DNA from: Oligoflexales bacterium | GTDB lineage: Bacteria > Bdellovibrionota_B > Oligoflexia > Oligoflexales > Bog-1112 | Direction: 5' to 3' | Length of the DNA stretch: 64,000 bases | Assembly: GCA_045105515.1 (NCBI GenBank) | Contig: JBGCDR010000035.1 | Location: forward strand, 413-64,412 | In this document: positions 1-8,628 of the stretch, piece after piece | Position numbering within the stretch: the stretch's first letter is position 1 | Layout of the letters: every line of letters begins with the position of its first letter | Translations under genes and position numbers: made by a program | Notes under the pieces: model-generated | The model's input: the letters and a program-made list of their open reading frames with translations, nothing else | What the model was told of the DNA's origin: nothing | Databases searched by the model: none

Positions 1-658
1 CAACGATTACCTCCAAAGTTTCCTTAGCTAAGTTGTGTTTTCCTTGCCTTCTTAAAGATATGGCATACCCCAGTTTTGACTCTTCACATCCTCCACAGCG
101 ATTGGAGGTTTGAACAAATATTTTCTGAGCAGATTGTGCATCTCCCATTTCCAATAATAAATATCCCAGATTAAGCCCAGCAGCGACTTCTCTGTCACTT
201 CGTTCAAAGGCTAACTGAAAGATCCTCTGAGCTTTCCTATAGTCCTCTAGAAGTTCTGCTCTGGAGTATATGCTTAACCCCAAGATATTGATCGCTGCGA
301 CATTTGTTGGAAACTTTTTTAGCACAAGCTTAGCATAGTAGGATGCTTTTTCATACTTCCCGAGACCAGCATAAGAAGTCGCCAAAACCAAAAAGCAGCC
401 TTTATTAAAAGGATTTTTCTTAAGATAATTCCTTGCCATATGAATGCTCTGCTTCCATTCTTTTTTCTCAATAGTCTGAATAATTTTAGCTAAAATTCCA
501 TCTTTTGACTCAAACTCACTAAGCCAAAGCTGTTTATCTTTGTAAAAAGGCTTTATATTTTTTTTCTTAATAAGAATACCTTGCATTTGCTCTTCATGGT
601 AGCTACCCGCACATGCTGAAAAAAATAAAAACATCAATAGCAAACTATAATACTTCAT
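1..658 (-). CDS. TPR-like lipoprotein, 3' end cut by the window edge
   Basis: Absent from the ORF track because it runs off the window. Manual reverse translation from ATG 658-656 gives MKYYSLLLMFLFFSACAGSYHEEQMQ..., a signal peptide with lipobox FSAC. Helical-repeat text follows (..LGKYEKASYYAKLVLKKFPTNVAAINILGLS..). No stop occurs down to base 1. The start overlaps the upstream gene's stop (645-647) by 14 nt. Confidence 0.55.
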   Translation of the reverse strand, partial: MKYYSLLLMFLFFSACAGSYHEEQMQGILIKKKNIKPFYKDKQLWLSEFESKDGILAKIIQTIEKKEWKQSIHMARNYLKKNPFNKGCFLVLATSYAGLGKYEKASYYAKLVLKKFPTNVAAINILGLSIYSRAELLEDYRKAQRIFQLAFERSDREVAAGLNLGYLLLEMGDAQSAQKIFVQTSNRCGGCEESKLGYAISLRRQGKHNLAKETLEVIV

Positions 659-3600
659 TTGATTGACCCTTAATATAATCTTTAGATAATTGCATAAAGC
701 CAGTACCTGATTCATTTCCTAATCGGAAGTTCCAATCTCTTTCATTTTGCCACAAAAGAGATTTGGTTACTTTTGGATTCGTGTTTCCATGTTCAAGTAA
801 AACCAATGCATCCTTCTTCGAAATTGCGTAATCTTGTTTCAATCTTTCTTTCAATTCTTTTCTTTCACTATCAAATTCCTCCCGCTTCTTGGCATCAAGG
901 TATGACTCGGGAGCAATGTCCGCAAGAAAAGAACTTACTTTTTTGTTGAATATTAACACATCTTGCATGCTGGGCACGCAATAAGCTGCCTGCTTTACTT
1001 GACACACAGCTTTAAAAGACTTTTTAATCTGTCTATAAGATGAATCCAAGAAAGGAACAACGTTTGCAAAATCTTGAGTCAAGACTTTCTTGAATGACCT
1101 AATCTTTGACTCCGCAAGAATCTTTGCCTTTAAATACCAGATAAAGCTTAGTTTATCGGAGACTACCATCACGTTTTGATCCATAGCAAGTAAGGCATTT
1201 TCTATTTCAGAAAGCCGATGAGAATTATTTTTTTGGTATAAACTTTCTGCTAAAATCCCATATGATCTTATTTGAAGCAACTGCGAGTACTGTTTTTGTG
1301 CAATAATTTTTCTCGCTAAATTGATGGTATTATCGTAATTATCTTCTTTTAAAGTTGTATAGAATATTAATTCTCCCAGCTTCTCTCGCTCATCTTTTGG
1401 CAAGTTATTCATATCTATTGTAAGTAACATATTCTTAGCATTTGAATACTCAGATTGTCCTAAAAAAATATCTATCATAGATTTTTTAACACCATCGACC
1501 TCAGCAGCATTTTTAAAGTTCACCAAAAAGTGCTGGTATAACTTTAAAGCTCCAGCTACATCAGCCATGCCGGTCCGAATTCCAGCTGCATTTAAAAGTG
1601 CCTGCCTATAATAAGGAACCGACTTTTTAAGTGCGAGAATAAGTTCTAGGACTTCTAAACTTTTGTCATATTCCTTCTCAGCCTTGTAGCATTGCGCTAA
1701 AAGGTAAAGGTATTCAGAATACTTTGGGGACCGTGTATATGTGTTTTCCAAAGTAACTAGTTTCTTAATAGCAAGATTTGGCTTTTTTTGATCTTTCAGA
1801 GTTAACGCGCCAAAATATAAACTTTCTTCGAGCTTATCTCTAACACTGACTACCTTGTCGTTTACCAATGGAACTATATTTTTTTCCATACTGATGTAAA
1901 CAATATCCTCGAGCTTTTGCCACTGTTTCTGCTGCTCTGCAATTTTCATCAATGTACCCATCGCTTTTCTAGGAGCTTTTCCCTTCGAGTGAGCTTTGAT
2001 TGCGTTTTGCCAAACGAAATGAGCTTTGTCGACTCTGCCAAGATCAATTTCCAACAAGCCAATATGACTACTAACCTGCCAGTTCAGTGATTTTTCAAGT
2101 TGGAATAAACCATAGTATAAACGTAAAAGATGATCTCTTTCTTTAGATACCAAGCCACGTTTAAACTTCCAAGGGTCATCTATAGGCCACTTTGCTAGAT
2201 AAGAAGCTGCTTGAATTTGTTTTTTGAGAAACTTTTTCTTTTTTTCTCCCTTCGACTCCTGACTGATATCTCCATAGAGATTCTCAGCCTTTTTGTGCAG
2301 TGAAAACTGGGAATACAAATCTGCAAGCTTGATCTTTAACCTCTGAGATCTAAAATCGGCACTTTGAGTATTCAAATACCTCGCCATCAAAGGCTCCACA
2401 ATCGTGATAATAAGCTCAGGATCCTTTGTCATTTGTACTTTTCTAAATTCCGCAAATAAGAGCTTATAGTGGAGATTTTGCAACCTGGCTCCTATATGAG
2501 TACCATGTTTAGCTTTTTCTGCATCCACTAGGTATTTTTGGTAAGCAAATGGATCTTGATTTTCTTTATATATCAATGCTAACAAATCAATAACCCGTTC
2601 TTCTACTGCATCCTTCTCTTTTTTATTTGTGATTCTAGAAACCAAACGCTGGTAAATATTCTTAGCTGACCCAAGATTTCCATGTTTCCATTCCATCAAA
2701 GCTAATCGCTCTTCAACTGCAAGCATATCAGGCAAAGACTTAAAGCATTCGTGCTTGAATGGTAAAGATTTCCAGTTATTCTTGAAATCTTTGGCATGCA
2801 TCCAAACTGCAAGCATATAACGTAAAACATCGGTTTTTTCGACATCACTCATATTCCTGCATAGACTAGATACAAGCTGTAAATGTTGTCTATAGGACTG
2901 ACTAAATCCTCCAATAGACTTTCCTTCATTGGAAATTCCAATAAATGCTTTCGACAGTACTAAATGTGCAAGCAAAGAAGCTTTTTTAGGTAGCTCATTA
3001 TATATACGATCAAGAACCTCAAGCGATTTTGCTCTCAAAATAGGATTACTACTTCCAACTTCATAGATACTAATTGCAAAATTCATCAAGTTTTTTCTAT
3101 CAAATTCAAATGGCATTCTAACTAGCTTTTTAAGTCTATCAACAGCATTCTTCCGAAGTTTTGGATACAGATAATCAATCATACAAATATGTAGCCAAAT
3201 CCATCTTTTTTCTCGCCTATTTTTTGTGAGTTTATGTAAATGAGCCCCAATTTTTTTAATTTTCATATGGGTACGATAGAGAATCTTTCTTAATTTTTTT
3301 TCAGGAATGCTACTTTTGCCATGACCACTTAATACATCACCCCAATAATATGAATATTTTATCAAGATGCTCAAATAGTCTCTCAGCGAATTTAAGTACT
3401 CTACTCCCTTGAGGGATCTTAAATTTTCTCTATAAAACTTTATTTTCCTGTTCAAACCATCCAACTCTTTCGTTGTTATTTTTCTGCCTAAATAAATCTT
3501 TGGATCTCGCAATGCTTGCTGAAGTAGAGGAAAAGAGCCCATATCCCGATGAAAATAAAGCACTGGATTTGGTGATGAAACTTTTTTTACAGCACCAAAA

Positions 3601-3725
3601 CTTAAAGGAGAATGAATAAGGAAAAAAACCGACAAAAGCTTTAAAAGACGCTTATAAAATACCAACAACACGATAGTTCCCCTCACTTTTTTCTTGTCAT
3701 AATTAATATGCTCGGGTATTAGCAT
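645..3725 (-). CDS. Large (1026 aa) helical/TPR-like repeat protein with an N-terminal hydrophobic segment
   Basis: Long uninterrupted ORF. N-terminal hydrophobic stretch LLKLLSVFFLIHSPLSFGA. The composition is rich in Y/L/K/A amphipathic helices typical of TPR/Sel1-like repeats. It is co-directional with and 43 nt downstream of the kinase-like gene. Confidence 0.6.
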   Translation of the reverse strand: MLIPEHINYDKKKVRGTIVLLVFYKRLLKLLSVFFLIHSPLSFGAVKKVSSPNPVLYFHRDMGSFPLLQQALRDPKIYLGRKITTKELDGLNRKIKFYRENLRSLKGVEYLNSLRDYLSILIKYSYYWGDVLSGHGKSSIPEKKLRKILYRTHMKIKKIGAHLHKLTKNRREKRWIWLHICMIDYLYPKLRKNAVDRLKKLVRMPFEFDRKNLMNFAISIYEVGSSNPILRAKSLEVLDRIYNELPKKASLLAHLVLSKAFIGISNEGKSIGGFSQSYRQHLQLVSSLCRNMSDVEKTDVLRYMLAVWMHAKDFKNNWKSLPFKHECFKSLPDMLAVEERLALMEWKHGNLGSAKNIYQRLVSRITNKKEKDAVEERVIDLLALIYKENQDPFAYQKYLVDAEKAKHGTHIGARLQNLHYKLLFAEFRKVQMTKDPELIITIVEPLMARYLNTQSADFRSQRLKIKLADLYSQFSLHKKAENLYGDISQESKGEKKKKFLKKQIQAASYLAKWPIDDPWKFKRGLVSKERDHLLRLYYGLFQLEKSLNWQVSSHIGLLEIDLGRVDKAHFVWQNAIKAHSKGKAPRKAMGTLMKIAEQQKQWQKLEDIVYISMEKNIVPLVNDKVVSVRDKLEESLYFGALTLKDQKKPNLAIKKLVTLENTYTRSPKYSEYLYLLAQCYKAEKEYDKSLEVLELILALKKSVPYYRQALLNAAGIRTGMADVAGALKLYQHFLVNFKNAAEVDGVKKSMIDIFLGQSEYSNAKNMLLTIDMNNLPKDEREKLGELIFYTTLKEDNYDNTINLARKIIAQKQYSQLLQIRSYGILAESLYQKNNSHRLSEIENALLAMDQNVMVVSDKLSFIWYLKAKILAESKIRSFKKVLTQDFANVVPFLDSSYRQIKKSFKAVCQVKQAAYCVPSMQDVLIFNKKVSSFLADIAPESYLDAKKREEFDSERKELKERLKQDYAISKKDALVLLEHGNTNPKVTKSLLWQNERDWNFRLGNESGTGFMQLSKDYIKGQSNEVL

Positions 3726-3768
3726 AAATACTTTAAGAGCTTTGGTAGGAAATAAATGCTACATAGAA

Positions 3769-5076
3769 CTAGAATTTATCGGCGTTTCGTAAGTGTATAT
3801 TTTTCTGCATTTTAGGTAATTTTATTACAATTTTTGTATTCTCTGAACTTTCATCCAACCAGATATTACCACCATGATCATGAGTAATAAATTCAGAAGT
3901 GCTAAGACCAACGCCTAAACCTGAATGATCTTTTTTAGTACTATAAAAAGGTTTAAACATCATTTTCACCACATCTTTTTGTATTCCTTTCCCACTGTCA
4001 GTTACACTAATTATAATCGAATTGTCCTGGTCTTCATACAGCTTAACTTTTACCCATTTTTCATCTAGATGAGAGATAAAATCGTTGCAGTTATTAAGTA
4101 AATTTATGATAATTTGTGAAATTTGTACTGCTTTACATTGAGCCCATATATCATTTTTTTCGAAATCAATCATAAGTTTGATTCCATTACGATCGAATTT
4201 ACTCTTGAAATAAACGAGAGAATCTTCTACAACTTGCTTGATATTGACCATCTCAAAGGGATCATTTTTCCCACTTCTGGATAAAAATCTCATTGTTTTA
4301 ATGACCCGAGAAACTTCATCAACAGTCTCTGCAATAGATGTGGCTGACTGCAATAAAGTATTTTCTTCTAGTTCGTGAGAACCTGATTTATCGGAAGAAA
4401 TAGCCCTATTCATCTTATCTGCATGTGTTTTCAGTGAATCAATTGGTAAACTAATTTCCTGTGCTATTCCTCCCGCCATCTCACCTAGTTGAACCAACTG
4501 GGATGCCTCCATAATTTGGCTGTTTTGATCTTCAATGACTCCAATTAATTTTTTTAGATCTTCACTATATTTATTTAGTTTATCGTGACTTTCCTCAATT
4601 TCTCTAAACATTTCTTTGATTTCAGTGATATCATGACCTACTACGGTCACAAGTGGTGACTGAGATTTCAGCCCCTCAAGAATAGATAGTTTCCAGTGAT
4701 AGAGTTTCGAAATCGAGTTTATTCCATCAGTCAACAGTTCAAATTCAACCGTTTTTTTTGCATCTGAAGAGTTGCAAATATTTGTCAAGTTCTTTTGGAA
4801 CTGCTTCCAGGATTCATCGGTAAATAATCGAGAAACTGGGAAGTACAAAAGTTCCGCCCCAAAAGATTTAACAGCTTCCTCGATTTGAAAGTTTCCTTTT
4901 AAAATTCTCCCATTTTTATCAATTATCATAATGAGATCAGGGAGGTGGTATATCAAACTTTCAGATGTTCTTTTGGACTTCTCCAATAATACAATCAGGT
5001 CATGATTTGCATGAATATTTGTCATAGGAACTTCTTCTTTTTCAATAATTTTTTCGTCGTTATTTGAATCAGTCAT
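3769..5076 (-). CDS. Cytoplasmic PAS / HisKA / HATPase_c sensor-kinase-like protein with Gln at the H-box phospho-acceptor position
   Basis: PAS-like N-terminal half. The H-box-like block GEMAGGIAQEISLPI has Q206 (CAG at 4461-4459) where HEINNPL-type kinases have His. N box IINLLNNCNDF, G1 VTDSGKGI, F box MFKPFYSTK and G2 GLGVGLS are all present. Confidence 0.8.
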   Translation of the reverse strand: MTDSNNDEKIIEKEEVPMTNIHANHDLIVLLEKSKRTSESLIYHLPDLIMIIDKNGRILKGNFQIEEAVKSFGAELLYFPVSRLFTDESWKQFQKNLTNICNSSDAKKTVEFELLTDGINSISKLYHWKLSILEGLKSQSPLVTVVGHDITEIKEMFREIEESHDKLNKYSEDLKKLIGVIEDQNSQIMEASQLVQLGEMAGGIAQEISLPIDSLKTHADKMNRAISSDKSGSHELEENTLLQSATSIAETVDEVSRVIKTMRFLSRSGKNDPFEMVNIKQVVEDSLVYFKSKFDRNGIKLMIDFEKNDIWAQCKAVQISQIIINLLNNCNDFISHLDEKWVKVKLYEDQDNSIIISVTDSGKGIQKDVVKMMFKPFYSTKKDHSGLGVGLSTSEFITHDHGGNIWLDESSENTKIVIKLPKMQKNIHLRNADKF

Positions 5077-5276
5077 GGAATCTCAATCTCGGCATTTTTC
5101 TCACAAAATATATGTAAGATTCATTTGAAAAAATTTTATTTTATTAAAATTTGGTTCAAATCTATATCGGGTCAAATATCTATATATTTAGTGGGTATGT
5201 TTGAAACATCAGATTGTGACATCTTCGCATTTTTTCAAAGCGTGTTTAAACCTAGCTATAGTTTTCACCGAAGATA

Positions 5277-7643
5277 TTGTTAAGCAAAGAAAAAAAGGTA
5301 AAAGGGAGAGGTAAGGTGCTAATTTTGCTCCATACTGTCAGGTCTTTCATATTTTTAACAATGATCTTGATCATATTCAGCTCTTGTGGTGAGTCATCGG
5401 AAGATTCTAGTGAGACTGCTCGTTCCACGGATGCACCTGCAAATAACCCCACTGCAAAAGATAACCCAGATGCCCCCTCTGGTAATTCAAGCCCAATAGA
5501 AGATACTGGCGAGGCTAAAACAGCCCAAGAGGTTCCACAAGCAAATGAACTAGATCCACGTACCTTTATTCCAACTGGAAGTTGGGATATTGGCAAAGGA
5601 ATAAAAGAGCTAGAGTTAAATTCTACTCAAATTGTAAGCAATGATGATGGGCGCGATCACAATTTCCCAGTCTGTGAGAACCCTATTCCTGCTCCAGGCC
5701 ACCTTTCACCGAGTGAAATTGTTATCGATGGATTAATTAACGACTGGTCGGTAGGCTCAATTGTAAGTATTGATAAAAAAGACGATTCTAATAACTTTGA
5801 AAACCTCGATCTAAGATCTTTTTTTTGGGCATCTGATGATGAAAACTTTTATATTGCTATTGAATTGTATTCGGACTGGATCGCAGAAAATACTGAACCA
5901 GCTTATATGAATATATTCTTTAATTCTTTCATTTTACCTGAAGATCAGACCACTATACCGGTTGCTAGTTTTTCCCATGGATTTGCAATCATTAATAGTG
6001 GACTTTACATTCTGGATGATGAAGCATTCATTCCTGCCAAGCAAGGTACTGAGGAAGGAGAATACGATTATGAATTAGAACTCTCAGGCAATATAATTGA
6101 AATACGCATAAATCGAAAGCACCTGAGCACCTTGAATGAGCTTCCATTTGCTGTCGATATATTCACCAGCGATTCAATAAAGCAAATCGACCGCACTGGT
6201 CCTCATATTGTAGGTCTAGTGGATGATTATGCTTGCTTAGTGGCTATCCCGAACTCTGAGAAGCAGCTCTCTGCTTATAAAATGCTTGTCATGCGCCGCA
6301 GCCCTGATGTTAAGCAAAGTATCGCAGAATTGAGTTATAGGGCCATGTTAAATGCTCTGCCATATGCTACCTATTTAACAAAAAACCAACTAAATAATTG
6401 GGATACTAACAATGTCATCTCTATAGGTCTTATGAATACAGCGGGTCTTTATATTCCAGCAATTGGACATTTTATCATCAATGAACCTAACAATTTTGCC
6501 AATGAAACAGGTCTGCCTATCAGTCATTTTTTCGTCGCCTCACATGAGCTTTTGCATAGCTTTAATGTTTCCGAGTACAAATTACCGTCAGAATGGTTGC
6601 GTGAAGGTCATAGTAATTGGTTCACACTTAAAATTTTTGAATCATATTTCGGAAAGGGAGTTTTTCAAAAGAATATAGTATTAGAAAATAACAGTTTCAT
6701 TGACGAAGAGTTTCAATTTGCTTCCAGTGACCATTCCATCGCTGATATTAATTGGAACAAAAGGCCGCATACACCGTTATTTTATTATCGCAAAGCTGCT
6801 GCACTATTTAGCCTCCTTCTTGCAGAAGTAAACTATGATGAATTTCATCATCAACTGCTCATGAAGGCACTACGCGAATCCGAATTTTATGACACTGATG
6901 CATTTCTCTTTGCATATAAAGAATTGCCAAGCTACCCTGGTGACACTAACGAAAATATTAAAGCATCATGGTTTGACAATGATGAAAATACGGGTAGTTT
7001 TAGCAAAGATCAATTCAAAGACAATGATTTTGATGGACTTTTTGATTATCAAGAGGCGCAATTGGGGACGAACCCAGCAAGCTACGATAGTGATCAAGAT
7101 GGGCTAAGTGACACCTTCGAATGGACTATTGGTCTTGATCCTACTATCGGTGATGAATACCATTTTTTAGGGAATGACAACTTCCTCAGCGATTGGGAGC
7201 GAAACCACCCCAATAAACTAATTTCTAGCTCACAGAATTTGGGTAGTCCGGATTTATGTGATGAACGCTCCAATATTTCTCGGTTTGGCATCATTCAGGA
7301 TAAAAACCAAATATTTATTGCTATAGAGCTTGGTGAGCAGCCACTAGAAACAGATAAAGATCAACTACAAATTGTCATATTTATCAATGATCCAAATCAT
7401 AATCCCCAAGTCATAATTCCTTTTGGCTCAAGTTTCTATTTAATTAAAAATGAAGATAATTCTCTCTTACGATCAAATCAGCTTCTGGCTCCGTTTCGCT
7501 CCACCACCTTAGAAATTCTATTAAAATCAAAATGGTTAGAATGGAACGAGACTCCTCCTGAAGATACGAAATTTAGAATAGTAACTTATATAAACAACCA
7601 ACAATGTGACTACACAGAAAATATATCTGCTATATCACTTTAA
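5277..7643 (+). CDS. Secreted lipoprotein, gluzincin-type (M1-like) zinc metallopeptidase with thrombospondin-type-3-like Ca-binding repeats
   Basis: Lipobox IIFSSCG. HELLH is followed by WLREG (HExxH-x15-E, resembling the M1 WLxEG motif). Contains DNDFDGLFDYQEAQLGTNPASYDSDQDGLSDTFE (DxDxDG/TSP3-like). Similar beta-rich modules flank the catalytic part (IDGLINDW...FYIAIEL and FLSDW...IFIAIEL). The exact start is uncertain. Confidence 0.7.
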   Translation: MLSKEKKVKGRGKVLILLHTVRSFIFLTMILIIFSSCGESSEDSSETARSTDAPANNPTAKDNPDAPSGNSSPIEDTGEAKTAQEVPQANELDPRTFIPTGSWDIGKGIKELELNSTQIVSNDDGRDHNFPVCENPIPAPGHLSPSEIVIDGLINDWSVGSIVSIDKKDDSNNFENLDLRSFFWASDDENFYIAIELYSDWIAENTEPAYMNIFFNSFILPEDQTTIPVASFSHGFAIINSGLYILDDEAFIPAKQGTEEGEYDYELELSGNIIEIRINRKHLSTLNELPFAVDIFTSDSIKQIDRTGPHIVGLVDDYACLVAIPNSEKQLSAYKMLVMRRSPDVKQSIAELSYRAMLNALPYATYLTKNQLNNWDTNNVISIGLMNTAGLYIPAIGHFIINEPNNFANETGLPISHFFVASHELLHSFNVSEYKLPSEWLREGHSNWFTLKIFESYFGKGVFQKNIVLENNSFIDEEFQFASSDHSIADINWNKRPHTPLFYYRKAAALFSLLLAEVNYDEFHHQLLMKALRESEFYDTDAFLFAYKELPSYPGDTNENIKASWFDNDENTGSFSKDQFKDNDFDGLFDYQEAQLGTNPASYDSDQDGLSDTFEWTIGLDPTIGDEYHFLGNDNFLSDWERNHPNKLISSSQNLGSPDLCDERSNISRFGIIQDKNQIFIAIELGEQPLETDKDQLQIVIFINDPNHNPQVIIPFGSSFYLIKNEDNSLLRSNQLLAPFRSTTLEILLKSKWLEWNETPPEDTKFRIVTYINNQQCDYTENISAISL

Positions 7644-7742
7644 CGAAAATTTTGAAAAAAATATGAGAAGGTTTTTTATTGAATAACTTTTTGGCATAAT
7701 ATTATCTGTAATAATAAGCAACATAGGAAGTAAATAAATGTC

Positions 7743-8183
7743 ATGAAACAACTTATCACTAAATTTAAAAAAGATCAGTTGGCAATCATCAATACTCTAG
7801 AAAAAGCCAACAGAACAGGAGTTTATACTTCAAATGGAAAGCACCTAGTTAAAGAGGCACGCAGAAAAATCAGTAACCACATAGAATTCGATGTATATCT
7901 ATTAAAATCTAAAATAGCAAAAGATCCACAGAATGTTAGGTCCGGAAAAACTAAAATCATCTTAAAACGTTTAATGATATATCAAAATGAATTGAATAGG
8001 TATTCGCGAAAATTTTCGGAATTTACTGGTACAACTTTGCAAGCACAAATTCAGACTCGCCACGAAAGTTACGACTTCTTCAACTTAGTGGCAAATCTCA
8101 AGCAAAGATTCCAAAAAGATGAGAATGAGCTAGTCAAAGCTTTAGACGTTTTGGAACTTGAAGGTAAGTCCAAGAGATTATGA
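7743..8183 (+). CDS. Hypothetical protein (146 aa, helical, K/R-rich)
   Basis: ORF only, with codon and amino-acid composition like its neighbours. No motif recognised. Confidence 0.45.
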   Translation: MKQLITKFKKDQLAIINTLEKANRTGVYTSNGKHLVKEARRKISNHIEFDVYLLKSKIAKDPQNVRSGKTKIILKRLMIYQNELNRYSRKFSEFTGTTLQAQIQTRHESYDFFNLVANLKQRFQKDENELVKALDVLELEGKSKRL

Positions 8184-8283
8184 TTAAGCTTCATAAAATG
8201 TGCCAATAGAGTCTTTCCATGATTGTGAAAAGAGAGTAGTCTGTGTGAGCTCTTCTCCTTCTACAACTGCTTAGGGGAATATC

Positions 8284-8598
8284 ATGGACAAAAGAGTTTT
8301 CTTCATTGCAGCCTTATTGCTCGCATGCATTACAATCTTTAGTCAAACTTATGATTTTATTGTTAAAAGAGAAGCTGAAGAATTACTTACAAACGGAGTT
8401 GGAAAAAAGGAATTCATCAAGCGATGCTCTAGTTGTCATAGCTTAGAAAAAGTAATACATCATGAAAGGTCATTCGAAAACTGGAGTGCAGTAGTATTAT
8501 GGATGCAAAAAATGCAGGGTATGAGCCCAATTCCACCTAAAGAACAAGCATTGATAATTTCCTATTTAGAGGAAAACTACCCAATGAAGAATAAATAA
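8284..8598 (+). CDS. Small membrane-anchored monoheme c-type cytochrome
   Basis: N-terminal hydrophobic helix FFIAALLLACITIF. A single CxxCH heme-binding motif (CSSCHS), with Met residues downstream (WMQKMQGM) as possible axial ligands. Confidence 0.6.
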   Translation: MDKRVFFIAALLLACITIFSQTYDFIVKREAEELLTNGVGKKEFIKRCSSCHSLEKVIHHERSFENWSAVVLWMQKMQGMSPIPPKEQALIISYLEENYPMKNK

Positions 8599-8628
8599 AG
8601 ATTGCTGATGGCAAAAGCAAATTTTATT

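Noticed and set aside
5252-5596. 114-aa minus-strand ORF overlapping the 5' end of the metallopeptidase gene
   Set aside because: It is antisense to a region encoding a signal peptide, lipobox and S/E/D-rich linker of a 788-aa ORF, and it has no RBS or motif.
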